Below, in pieces: positions 39,680 through 49,158 of a stretch of DNA of 64,000 nt. The notes under the pieces were generated by a model. That model was given only the letters and a program-made list of their open reading frames with translations. It did not search any database and had not been told where the DNA came from. The position numbers were made by a program, and so were the translations under genes. Origin of the DNA: Candidatus Poribacteria bacterium (GTDB taxonomy: Bacteria; Poribacteria; WGA-4E; WGA-3G); assembly GCA_965242965.1 (NCBI GenBank), contig OZ251518.1:544001-608000 (forward strand), given 5' to 3'. The first letter of the stretch is position 1. Each line of letters starts with the position of its first letter.

Positions 39680-41341
39680 ATGGAAAACCGACAAACTAAA
39701 ACCTTTGAAACCCGCGGGCCCGTGAAACCCGAACGCAACTATGTTGTCGCACGCACGGAGGAACTTGCCGATTTCATTGCCCGCGTGAAAGAGGGCCGTT
39801 ACGTCGTCATCTTCGCGCCGCGGCAAACAGGGAAGACGACGTTTTTCCGGCGTGCCTTGGAGCAGTTCGCCCCCGAAGATTCGGGCTATTTTCCGCTTGC
39901 GTTGAGTTTCCAGATCTACCAAAACGTCGCGCCTGCCGTCTTCTACAAGCAGGTGTGCCGCAAGATGCGCCAAGGCATTGAGAAGGTTTTCTCTCAGCGC
40001 GGCCAGGTCCCGTCGGATGCCCTCGCGCAATTTTTGGCGAATACGACGATTGCCGATCACGTCGACATGCTCAATTTCTTTGAGGAGTTGGCAGGCTTGC
40101 TGACGCAACGGGTGGTGATTATCATTGATGAATTTGATGGTATCCCACAAGCCGCCTTGAGCGATTTTCTTTACACGCTTCGCGATATCTACCTCGAAGG
40201 CGACACATCCATGCGGTGTCCTTACAGCGTCGGCATCGTCGGCGTTAAAAGCATTACGCAGCTGAATTACGACAGGAGTATCTCGCCGTTCAATATTCAG
40301 GATGAGTTCGCGCTGCCGAATTTCACACTCGCACAAGTGCAGGAACTCTTCGGACAGTATACCGACGAGGTGGGACAGGCGTTCGCACCGGAGGTGATTG
40401 AAATGCTGCATCGGCAGACAGCGGGGCAGCCGTTTCTTGTCAACCGCCTCGCACAAATTCTCACCGCTGAACTGGATATCCCGAAAACGGAGACGATTAT
40501 TAGTGCGCATTTTGCAAAGGCGCATACCGCGCTCCTCTTAGAAGAAAACGTCAACTTCCATCATCTGACTACCAATGTCCGCCGGGACCCGCGGTTTGAA
40601 CGCATCCTCATGGACATTGCCACGTCGGAAAAAGGTGTCAAGTTCAAGCCGCGCGATGAACTCATGAGCGAGCTCGCTTCTTACGGTGTTATCAAGAAAG
40701 GAGCCGGTGACATGTGTGAGATTGTCAATCCGATTTATCAGGTGTGCATCCTGCAGGCGTTTGAACATGGGATTAACGGGCTGCAGCATGCCTACTTCCC
40801 TGAAGACAGCGGCATCCGGTTTTCGGATTACCTCACCGCTGATGGGCATCTCGCCATGGAGCCGCTGTTGGATAACTTCCGCGACTTCGTCGCGCGCATC
40901 GGATTCCGAATCCTCCAAGAACCAGATCTTCCGAGAGAATCGATTGGACAACATCTGCTGGCGACATATCTCGATGCGTTCGTGCGGACGACGCGCGGAA
41001 ACATGTATCTGGAACTGCCGACAGGGCGGGGCCGGATGGATCTGGTAGTGTTGCACCGCGACCGGAAGTATGTCGTGGAGTTCAAGATATGGGGCAGTGA
41101 ACGGGGGTATCAGAGCGGCAAGAAACAGTTGGCTGCCTATCTCCAGTTAGAGGGGGCATCGGAAGGCTACTATGTCGTGTTCGACCATCGTGAGAATCCG
41201 GAGCCGCGCACGGAGACAGAGACGGTGGACGGTTCCCGTATTCGGAGTTATGTGATTCCGGTGGTGCAGGAGCGGCCGTCCGATCTCGCGGAGGAAGAGG
41301 AAGCATATCGCCGTGCAGTTGTCAGGAAACACAGGTTCTGA
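39680..41341 (+). CDS. AAA-like ATPase with C-terminal PD-(D/E)xK-like domain
   Basis: APRQTGKTT, IIIDEFD, SPFNI; GRMDL..VEFKIW..QL..Y; RBS AAGGAGG. Confidence 0.85.
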   Translation: MENRQTKTFETRGPVKPERNYVVARTEELADFIARVKEGRYVVIFAPRQTGKTTFFRRALEQFAPEDSGYFPLALSFQIYQNVAPAVFYKQVCRKMRQGIEKVFSQRGQVPSDALAQFLANTTIADHVDMLNFFEELAGLLTQRVVIIIDEFDGIPQAALSDFLYTLRDIYLEGDTSMRCPYSVGIVGVKSITQLNYDRSISPFNIQDEFALPNFTLAQVQELFGQYTDEVGQAFAPEVIEMLHRQTAGQPFLVNRLAQILTAELDIPKTETIISAHFAKAHTALLLEENVNFHHLTTNVRRDPRFERILMDIATSEKGVKFKPRDELMSELASYGVIKKGAGDMCEIVNPIYQVCILQAFEHGINGLQHAYFPEDSGIRFSDYLTADGHLAMEPLLDNFRDFVARIGFRILQEPDLPRESIGQHLLATYLDAFVRTTRGNMYLELPTGRGRMDLVVLHRDRKYVVEFKIWGSERGYQSGKKQLAAYLQLEGASEGYYVVFDHRENPEPRTETETVDGSRIRSYVIPVVQERPSDLAEEEEAYRRAVVRKHRF

Positions 41342-41344
41342 AAT

Positions 41345-41899
41345 TCAGACAGGGATTTTGGTTACGTCAATGAACCATCGCGCTTCTATCATCCTTTTCG
41401 CTGCTTCGGCGGTTGCTGGCTGATACGTTGCGAATTTCACTTTGTCGCAATTAACGAGGAAATGCCGGATTTTGTCTACGTAAAGCGCGCCTAATTGTCC
41501 TTCTGATTGTCCTTCTGTTAGTTGCGCGAGCAGCTGCGTCGTTGTCAATTCCAATGCAGGGATACGGTAGCGCGCCTCAATGTATTCGCGTATCACGTGT
41601 GAGATTTGCGTGTGATACGCGTTCAATTCACCTCGCGTGAGCCATTCGGATGCCTCAATCGCTGCGAGGCGTTCATAAGCGATTTCGTGCGGCGGACAGA
41701 CTTCCCCCTCTTCAATTGACGTGGGTGCCGATGTCTGCCGGCGTTGCTGCAGGTAAAACCAGACGAGCATCGCAATAATGACGACGAGAATGCCGCCGGC
41801 GACAAAATAGGGGAATAGACTTGGCTGTGGCTCAAGTGGCGGTTTGATGTCGCGCAGGCTTGACGGTGCTTGCGAAAGGAGTTGATAGAAGGAGGACAT
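41345..41899 (-). CDS. Single-TM hypothetical protein (BatD-associated type)
   Basis: LRDIKPP, TM helix, PPHEIA..L, REYIEARY..ALELTT, D.VKFA. Confidence 0.65.
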   Translation of the reverse strand: MSSFYQLLSQAPSSLRDIKPPLEPQPSLFPYFVAGGILVVIIAMLVWFYLQQRRQTSAPTSIEEGEVCPPHEIAYERLAAIEASEWLTRGELNAYHTQISHVIREYIEARYRIPALELTTTQLLAQLTEGQSEGQLGALYVDKIRHFLVNCDKVKFATYQPATAEAAKRMIEARWFIDVTKIPV

Positions 41900-41944
41900 G
41901 ACGCGGTTTTTGCCGGTAGGCGTGCTTTGCAAGCGCGCAGCGGG

Positions 41945-42523
41945 TTATCGTAACGGTTCAATGACTATTGACTTCGGAGACGTAGGACAAACGTGCTGGC
42001 AGACACCGCACCCCGTGCATCCCGGTGTCAGCACCTCAACCATGCCTGTCGGTGAGAAGGCGATGGCATCCACGCCGATAGGACAACTGTCCACGCAGTA
42101 AGTGCAGGTAATCTCTTTGGAACGGAGGCAGGTTTCTGCGGTGAAGACAGCCACCCCCATCGCGATGTCTTCGGCGAAAACACTCTGAAGCGCGCCACTA
42201 GGACAGACATACATGCACGCCAACGAATCGCAGATGACGCACGGCTGCATGTCCGGGTTGATATAGGGTGTCTGCATCAGGCCCGGGTCATCGCTTTCCA
42301 ATGGCCGTATTGCTTCGGCGGGACAATTTTTGACGCAGTTGCCGCAACGGAGACATTTCTCTAAGAACTCTTCCTCCGGTAGCGCGCCGGGCGGCCGTAA
42401 CAACATCGCCGCGGGCGTTTCTACCGTCGCCGGAACCCGTTCGTCTAAAATTTCCGCGACCGGCTGGAGGATTTGGCTGAGTGCCTCCTTAAAAAAGCCG
42501 CGTCTCCCGTGTTTGTCGGACAT
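41945..42523 (-). CDS. NapG/MauM-like 4Fe-4S polyferredoxin
   Basis: RRGFF, LRPPGAL.E..F..CLRCGNC...CP, four Cys clusters. Confidence 0.88.
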   Translation of the reverse strand: MSDKHGRRGFFKEALSQILQPVAEILDERVPATVETPAAMLLRPPGALPEEEFLEKCLRCGNCVKNCPAEAIRPLESDDPGLMQTPYINPDMQPCVICDSLACMYVCPSGALQSVFAEDIAMGVAVFTAETCLRSKEITCTYCVDSCPIGVDAIAFSPTGMVEVLTPGCTGCGVCQHVCPTSPKSIVIEPLR

Positions 42524-42541
42524 GGAGATACCCTTCACATT

Positions 42542-43183
42542 TTAAGCGGTTTCGTCTTGACTGGTTTTCGGAATGCGATAGCAACACCGATGGCTGTCCC
42601 GCAGTAGATGCTCTTCTCGGTAGACTTTAGCACCTAAGGTCTGCCGGAAAAGTGCCAACTCCATTTCGCACACGTGCGGATATTCCTCGGCAATTGCGGC
42701 GATGGGGCAGTTGTGTTCAATGAGGAAATAATCGGTGCCGTTTTCGTCAACGCGCGCCATGTATCCTTCTTCGTCACGGATCAGCGCGAGTTCTTTCACG
42801 CGAATTGGGAGCGTTTTTCCTTGGACGCGCTGTTGGTATGTCACCATTTGCGACTGCATGCGGCTCCGAAACACCTTATTGATAAATCCGGGGCCGTTAA
42901 ATTTCGCGACTTCGTGCATCAACTCCACTGCAAAGTTGGCGTAAGTCGTTGGGAAGAGGCTGTGCGCCTCGTCCGTGAGGCGATAGAGATGATGTGGGCG
43001 GCCGCGTTCCTGTTTTTCGGATCGATATTCCACTAAGCCTTCGGCTTCTAGAATCGCCAGGTGTTGCCGGGTGCCGACAGAACTGATGGGCAGTGCATCT
43101 GTGAGTTCCCCCACGCTCATCTGTGCGCGCATTTTCAGCAGTTGCAAGATGCGCATGCGCGTTTCGCTCATTTCGTAGTTCAT
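42542..43183 (-). CDS. SufR-like HTH transcriptional regulator
   Basis: N-terminal wHTH with GRP..Y.LT; C-terminal EHNCPI..VC..EL..CCY. Confidence 0.85.
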   Translation of the reverse strand: MNYEMSETRMRILQLLKMRAQMSVGELTDALPISSVGTRQHLAILEAEGLVEYRSEKQERGRPHHLYRLTDEAHSLFPTTYANFAVELMHEVAKFNGPGFINKVFRSRMQSQMVTYQQRVQGKTLPIRVKELALIRDEEGYMARVDENGTDYFLIEHNCPIAAIAEEYPHVCEMELALFRQTLGAKVYREEHLLRDSHRCCYRIPKTSQDETA

Positions 43184-43208
43184 AGTGCTATCCTTTTTGA
43201 CAAGTTGC

Positions 43209-43229
43209 TGCAATTATACCATAATTGCA
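43209..43229. promoter_or_regulatory. Perfect 9-3-9 palindrome over the -10 box (candidate operator)
   Basis: TGCAATTAT-ACC-ATAATTGCA overlaps the minus-strand TTGCAT-18-TATAAT promoter. Confidence 0.65.
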
Positions 43230-43324
43230 CATATCAATGCAACGATAAATAACGTTTTCTGAATCAAGACGGCGCAATTTTCTTGCAAAAAATATGAAAG
43301 ATACGTTAAACTAAAAAACTGCAC

Positions 43325-43445
43325 CGGATCCGGTCCGGATACCGTAGCGCGAGGGCCTGTCCCTCGCGAACAACCGCTTAAGACAAAAACCGGTCCGGAT
43401 ACCGTAGCGCGAGGGCCTGTCCCTCGCGAATGTCCACTTGAAACG
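43325..43445. repeat. 60-bp tandem duplication containing a REP
   Basis: CCGGTCCGGATACCGTAGCGCGAGGGCCTGTCCCTCGCGAA at 43330 and 43390. Confidence 0.85.
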
Positions 43446-43498
43446 AAAACCGGAAAAAAAGGGATTTCCGGCAAAAAAAACGGTCAAGGAGTATACTC

Positions 43499-44977
43499 AT
43501 GAAAAAATGGTTGTCCTGCAAACTCGGTATCGCTCTCGCGGCGATTGTGATGTTGTCCCTCGGTGTTACGGCGATGGGGCACGGCGCGGCACGCGTCTCA
43601 ATAGCACCCGCTGAGATTCCCTCCCCGGCAGTCGGGGAGCAGTTACGCGTTGATATTCACATCACGGACGGCGTGGGTGTCGCGGGCTATGAACTGAGCC
43701 TAGCTTTCGATGCCGCTTCGCTGCGCTATCTAGAAGCGACAAACGCCGATTACCTCCCGCTCGGCGCACTCACAGTAGCACAATTTGACGAGAAAAACAA
43801 CGTCTATCTGACCGCGATTTCCCAGAGCGGCCCCGGCACAGCCAACGATGGCACCCTCGCAACAGTGACGTTTGAAGTAGTGGCAATTAACGCTTCAACG
43901 CTAAAACTCAATGACGTGACGCTCTGGGATAGTAATTCAAAACCGTTGGAAGTCAGGACGGTAGATGGGAAAATTGTGGCTTCGCCCGCGTGGGACGTGA
44001 ATCAGGACGGCGAGGTGAATACGCAAGATCTGGCACTTGTCCGAAAGAACCTGCGGACCTCGGCACCGAATCCCCCGCGCGCCGATGTCAACGGGGATGG
44101 CACGGTGAATATTCTCGATCTGGCACTTGTTGAAAAACACCTCGGTGAATCAACCGGCATGACTTCTTCCGCTGCCGAAACTGTCCCCGAAGGCATGGTG
44201 CTGATTCCCGCCGGTGAATTTCAGATGGGAAGCGATGACAAATCCGCCTATAGCGACGAACGTCCCCTGCATCCTGTCTACGTTGATGCCTTTTATATGG
44301 ATACACACGAGGTGACGAACGCGCAATATCAGGCGTTTGTGCTTGCGAACCCGGCATGGCAAAAAGGGAACGTTCCACGGAAATATCACAACGGCTATTA
44401 CCTCCATTTCTGGAATGGCAATGACTATCCGAGCGACAAAGCAGAACATCCCGTTGTTTATGTCAGTTGGTATGCGGCGATGGCGTATGCAGACTGGGTA
44501 GGGAAACGACTACCGACGGAGGCGGAGTGGGAGAAAGCGCAACGCGGTGGTGTCAGTGTTAATGTCAATGCCAGTGTCAATGCCAATGTCAATGGAAACC
44601 AGTATCCTTGGGGTAATGACATTGATACCAGCATGGCAAATTACGGTTGGGCAATCGGTGACACGGCGGCGGTTGGCAGTTACGCACCCAACGGCTATGG
44701 GCTCTATGACATGGCGGGTAACGTCTGGGAGTGGTGCCTCGATGCATATCAGCGCAATTTTTACGTCACTTCGCCGATGAAGAACCCGGTTTCGGGTGCT
44801 GAGACTACCGCAGAAGTTATTGATAACTACACCGACATCCGTTCATACCGGGTGTTGCGGGGTGGTTCTTGGAGCAGCTCCTCGCAGCATCTGCGGGTAT
44901 CCTATCGCTTCCGGCTCACGCCATCTGTCGCCATCAGCGATTTCGGATTTCGCTGCGTGAAGTCCGTATCGCCTTAA
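43499..44977 (+). CDS. Secreted cohesin + dockerin + FGE-sulfatase (SUMF1) domain protein
   Basis: Signal peptide; GTLATVTFEV; DVNQDGEVN/DVNGDGTVNILDL; F.MGS, RLPTEAEWE, GLYDMAGNVWEW, RGGSW, GFRC. Confidence 0.88.
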   Translation: MKKWLSCKLGIALAAIVMLSLGVTAMGHGAARVSIAPAEIPSPAVGEQLRVDIHITDGVGVAGYELSLAFDAASLRYLEATNADYLPLGALTVAQFDEKNNVYLTAISQSGPGTANDGTLATVTFEVVAINASTLKLNDVTLWDSNSKPLEVRTVDGKIVASPAWDVNQDGEVNTQDLALVRKNLRTSAPNPPRADVNGDGTVNILDLALVEKHLGESTGMTSSAAETVPEGMVLIPAGEFQMGSDDKSAYSDERPLHPVYVDAFYMDTHEVTNAQYQAFVLANPAWQKGNVPRKYHNGYYLHFWNGNDYPSDKAEHPVVYVSWYAAMAYADWVGKRLPTEAEWEKAQRGGVSVNVNASVNANVNGNQYPWGNDIDTSMANYGWAIGDTAAVGSYAPNGYGLYDMAGNVWEWCLDAYQRNFYVTSPMKNPVSGAETTAEVIDNYTDIRSYRVLRGGSWSSSSQHLRVSYRFRLTPSVAISDFGFRCVKSVSP

Positions 44978-44987
44978 CGGGATAAGC

Positions 44988-45767
44988 ATGAAACAACTCG
45001 CTTTTATCCTCTGCGGAATTTTGGTGCTCCTGCCCGGGTGCGGTTCCAATGAAAGTGTCTCACCGGCGCAATCTACGGAGCAGCAGGCACTACCTAACTA
45101 CTTCCCCGATGCGCTCGGGAGCCGGTGGGTATATAGCACACCTGTTGGCAAGCAGTGGACGCGGCAAGTTACGCATGAGCGGACTATAGACGAAAATGTC
45201 TATCGTGTCTTTACGTATACACCCCCTATTGAAGAGTCCACGTTCGATCTGTTGAGAATCTCACAGTATCGCGTAACCCAGAATCGCGTGCTCACCTTCG
45301 TTGAAGAAGACATTGACAGGTATGTGAAAGCCAAGGTGCCGGAATTTCAGGTGCAGGGTGCGTTTGAGGGAATTGAACTTGAGGTGCAGGTGAACTCAAT
45401 ATCGGAGCGTGAACTCGTTTTCTACCGTATTCCACCGACTCCCAACGTGCAATGGGATGTCCTTGACGTGAAGGTGGAAGGAAGCGTTGTTTTGCAAGGA
45501 TTAGCACTCCTACAACTCCCTTTTGAGATGTATTTTCGCATCAAAGGGACAGTTGTGGGCCGTCCAATAACCGTGCAAACGCCCGCCGGCATCTTTGAAA
45601 ATACTTACAAGATTGAATACCTGTCGGGATATACCTTCTCTATGATGGATAAAGAGGAGACAACCCCCGATTTAACCAACACCGTCTGGCTGGCACCGCA
45701 CGTTGGCATTGTCCGATTTGAAAACGAGCGGGGGATAACCGAATTAGTGGACTACACCCTCCCGTAG
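44988..45767 (+). CDS. Hypothetical lipoprotein
   Basis: Lipobox LPGC; YFP..G.RWVY; VQTPAG.F; WLAPHVGIV. Confidence 0.75.
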   Translation: MKQLAFILCGILVLLPGCGSNESVSPAQSTEQQALPNYFPDALGSRWVYSTPVGKQWTRQVTHERTIDENVYRVFTYTPPIEESTFDLLRISQYRVTQNRVLTFVEEDIDRYVKAKVPEFQVQGAFEGIELEVQVNSISERELVFYRIPPTPNVQWDVLDVKVEGSVVLQGLALLQLPFEMYFRIKGTVVGRPITVQTPAGIFENTYKIEYLSGYTFSMMDKEETTPDLTNTVWLAPHVGIVRFENERGITELVDYTLP

Positions 45768-45777
45768 GAATCGTGCG

Positions 45778-46836
45778 ATGAAAATCGTTGTCTTAAGCGA
45801 TGGCAAACCGGGGCACTACAATCAATCCCTCGGCATCGTCCAACGCCTGCCGGCGTGCGAGGCACACTGGATAAACGTGGGTTTCCGCAGCAAATCCCGC
45901 GATAACCTCCTCCGCTGTCTGATGTGCCTCATCGGATGGATGCCGCTCCCGCGTTCATTGAGGCACGCACTCCTCCGCTGGAGCCTCCACCGCGATACTT
46001 ATGTCGCTATTTCAGACATCAAATCCGCCGAGCTCATCCTCTCAACCGGTTCCTCTGTCGCTGCCGTTAACCTCCTTCTCGGCAGAATTTTGCGGGCGAG
46101 AACGGTAACGTGCCGCCGCCCCTCGCCGTTAGGCACTCGCGATTTTGACTTGGCTATTCTTCCGATGCTCTCCTGGCCGCGCAGACATCGCAAAAACGTA
46201 TGCAAAACCGTCGGAGTCCCGAACCAAATCTTGCCAGCCAATTTAGACACGTTGAAAGCTGCTCTGGCGCATCCGGATTGCCCGCGCATCGGTGTCCTCA
46301 TAGGCGGTGCAGATAAACATGAAGACATCACCGAAGAGGACGCGGTGCTGCTGTTTGAACTCTTGTCTGTCGTCGCTGAGAAGATTGGCGCGGAGGTGCT
46401 AGTGACAACCTCTCGCCGAACACCGCCGCCCGTGAGAGACTGTCTCGCGAATATCCTCAAATCCGCGCCGTGGTGTCCTCTATTCGTCGGACCGGAAGAC
46501 TGTGCCTTGTCTGCAACTGGGAACCCCTATCAGGCCATCCTCGCCTTAAGCGAACTGCTCATCGTCACGGCGGATAGTTTCTCGATGGTATGCGAGGCGG
46601 CGAGCAGCGGCAGACCGGTTATCGTGCTAACGCTAAGTCCCGCGCGCACTCGGGAACCCAAGCGATACCAGGTCTACCGTTATCTAGTGGAGCGTTCCAT
46701 CGTGCATCAATGCGGTTTGCACGATTTAGGGGAACGGGTTTTGCAATTGTTGCAGGAAAAGCGGAAGCCTCATCCCCTTGATGATACGGCGACAGCAGTA
46801 GACGCTATCCGTCGCCTTTTTGACAGTGCCATTTAG
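45778..46836 (+). CDS. ELM1-family putative glycosyltransferase-fold protein
   Basis: LSDGKPGHYNQS, LIGG, TTSRRTP, NPY, VTADS.SM..EA.SSG.PV. Confidence 0.85.
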   Translation: MKIVVLSDGKPGHYNQSLGIVQRLPACEAHWINVGFRSKSRDNLLRCLMCLIGWMPLPRSLRHALLRWSLHRDTYVAISDIKSAELILSTGSSVAAVNLLLGRILRARTVTCRRPSPLGTRDFDLAILPMLSWPRRHRKNVCKTVGVPNQILPANLDTLKAALAHPDCPRIGVLIGGADKHEDITEEDAVLLFELLSVVAEKIGAEVLVTTSRRTPPPVRDCLANILKSAPWCPLFVGPEDCALSATGNPYQAILALSELLIVTADSFSMVCEAASSGRPVIVLTLSPARTREPKRYQVYRYLVERSIVHQCGLHDLGERVLQLLQEKRKPHPLDDTATAVDAIRRLFDSAI

Positions 46837-46838
46837 TT

Positions 46839-47264
46839 GAGGGTGTTTTATATTTCAATGCGTTCGGTAGGATAGTCCTCCGGGTCTTGATGTCTTCTCG
46901 GTAGGAGAGACCTCCCGGTCTCGACATCTTCGGGTAGGAGGGACCTCCCGATAAGGCGTGCATTCTCTTAACCCGTTCGGGTGCAGGCGCACCCGAACTA
47001 CAGGGCCAGCGGGCGCACCCCGACTGTAGTTCAGGATCGCCTGATCCTGACCCGTTTGTGATCAGGCGATCACAAACTACAGTTTGATGTTCCCGTAGCG
47101 CGGGAGCCTGTCCCTCGCGAGCGTTGGAGTGCGTGAGCGATGGCGAGGGACAGGCCCTCGCCCTACGATGAAGGGGCTTCCTGCCGCCGCGTCCCCGGTA
47201 GGTGCGCCGCCCTATTGCATCGAGACCGGGAGGTCTCGCCTACGGGGATTTATGAAACACCCTC
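46839..47264. mobile_element. TIR-bounded REP-mosaic element
   Basis: GAGGGTGTTTTATA ... TATGAAACACCCTC with GTAG-REP interior. Confidence 0.7.
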
Positions 47265-47385
47265 ATTTAGTTTTCGGTTTTGATCAGGAGAACTGAACAT
47301 CTCTGACTTGACATATTTTTGCATTGGTGCTATGCTAATGCACAACGCGCCAGTTGGTAAGAAACTATTTTTTAGGAACCGAAAA

Positions 47386-48912
47386 ATGCCGAATTCTACC
47401 TACCTTCTCTCCATCGACCAGGGCACCACCGGCACCACTGTCCTCCTCGTTGATGCACACGGCGACATAGGCGCGCAAGGATACCGCGAATTTACGCAGC
47501 ACTATCCGCGTCCCGGCTGGGTAGAGCACGACGCGGCGGAAATCTGGGAAGTGACACAGCACACCATCACCGATGCGCTCACTTCGCTTCCCTCCGATAC
47601 GCGCGCGGACATCGCCGCCATCGGAATTGCCAATCAGCGCGAAACCACCGTCGTCTGGGAACGCAAAACCGGGAAACCCATCCATCCCGCTATTGTGTGG
47701 CAGTGCCGCCGAACCGCAGAGAGATGTGCGGCCCTCAAACAGCAGGGACTTGAGGAACTGGTTAAGGCAAAAACCGGTTTGGTGCTGGACCCTTATTTTT
47801 CAGGGACAAAGGTGGCGTGGATTCTTGACCGAGTAGCAGGCGCGCGGGAACGCGCCGCGCGCGGCGAACTCGCCTTCGGCACAATAGATACGTGGCTCCT
47901 CTGGAATTTGACAGATGGAGAGGTTCACAAAACCGACTACACCAATGCCTCGCGAACACTGCTGTTTAACATTGAGACGCTCGCCTGGGACGATATGTTG
48001 TTGGAGATGTTCAACGTCCCGAAAGCAATTTTGCCGGAAGTTTGTCCATCTAGCGGAATCTTTGGGGAGGCGGAAATATCGGCACAGGGAGGAAAGGGAA
48101 AGATAGTGCCGATTGCGGGAATTGCGGGGGACCAGCAGGCCGCTCTTTTCGGGCAGTTGTGTCTGGAACCAGGGATGGCGAAAAATACCTATGGCACCGG
48201 CTGTTTCCTGATGCTCAATACCGGTTCACAACGGGTGCATTCAACCGCAGGTCTGTTAACGACGCTCGCCTGTGGATTAACGGATACCCCTGTCTATGCG
48301 CTGGAGGGAAGTGTCTTCGTCGCGGGTGCCGCCGTGCAGTGGCTCCGCGATGGCATCCAAATCGTTGAGACTGCCGCGGAGACAGAAAGTGCCGCAAACC
48401 GAGTTGCGGACTCCGATGGTGTTTTCGTCGTGCCTGCATTTACCGGGCTCGGCGCGCCATATTGGGATGCAGCGGCGCGGGGGGCCATCTTCGGCTTAAC
48501 GCGCGGCACCACGCGCGAGCATATTATCCGCGCAACCTTGGAAGCAATCGCCTTTCAATCCACAGATGTCGTCACGGCAATGTTAGCCGATGCAAACGTG
48601 ACGCTGGAGACATTGCGCGTTGATGGCGGTGCTGTTGCGAACGACTTCTTGATGCAGTTTCAGGCAGACATTTTGGGGATAGCGGTGGAACGTCCACGCC
48701 GCATTGAGACGACTGGACTCGGTGCTGCCTATCTCGCCGGGCTTGCAACCGGTATCTGGGGAGACACGATGGAATTGGAGGCATACCGCACGACTGAGAG
48801 AATCTTTGCGCCACAGATGAATGCGAACCGTCGCGCCGAGAAATTAGCGGGTTGGAAAGACGCGGTGCGGCGGGTAATGTTCCACGATGCCGAAGAATTC
48901 CACACACCGTAG
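47386..48912 (+). CDS. glpK: Glycerol kinase
   Basis: IDQGTTGT, NQRETT, WQCRRT, DPYFSGTK, TDYTNASRT, GDQQAALFG, KNTYGTGCF. Confidence 0.96.
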   Translation: MPNSTYLLSIDQGTTGTTVLLVDAHGDIGAQGYREFTQHYPRPGWVEHDAAEIWEVTQHTITDALTSLPSDTRADIAAIGIANQRETTVVWERKTGKPIHPAIVWQCRRTAERCAALKQQGLEELVKAKTGLVLDPYFSGTKVAWILDRVAGARERAARGELAFGTIDTWLLWNLTDGEVHKTDYTNASRTLLFNIETLAWDDMLLEMFNVPKAILPEVCPSSGIFGEAEISAQGGKGKIVPIAGIAGDQQAALFGQLCLEPGMAKNTYGTGCFLMLNTGSQRVHSTAGLLTTLACGLTDTPVYALEGSVFVAGAAVQWLRDGIQIVETAAETESAANRVADSDGVFVVPAFTGLGAPYWDAAARGAIFGLTRGTTREHIIRATLEAIAFQSTDVVTAMLADANVTLETLRVDGGAVANDFLMQFQADILGIAVERPRRIETTGLGAAYLAGLATGIWGDTMELEAYRTTERIFAPQMNANRRAEKLAGWKDAVRRVMFHDAEEFHTP

Positions 48913-49140
48913 GGCGAGGGCCTGTCCCTCGCTAGGCCTCGGGTACAAGAACGATCGCGGGGGAAACCCGCTCGGATGCGCGTGTGGCATCCGAGGGCCC
49001 CGCGCTACGGGAAAAAAAACGCCGCCCCCCTCCGTAGGGCGAGGGCCTGTCCCTCGCCGGGCCTCGGGTACAAGAACGATCGCGGTGCGGGTCTAAGAAC
49101 GGTTTCTTTCACCGTAGGGCGAGGGCCTGTCCCTCGCCAG
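48907..49140. repeat. GTAG-REP cluster
   Basis: Three CCGTAGGGCGAGGGCCTGTCCCTCGC units; the glpK stop TAG lies within the first GTAG. Confidence 0.8.
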
Positions 49141-49158
49141 GCACCGACAGTGAGAAAA

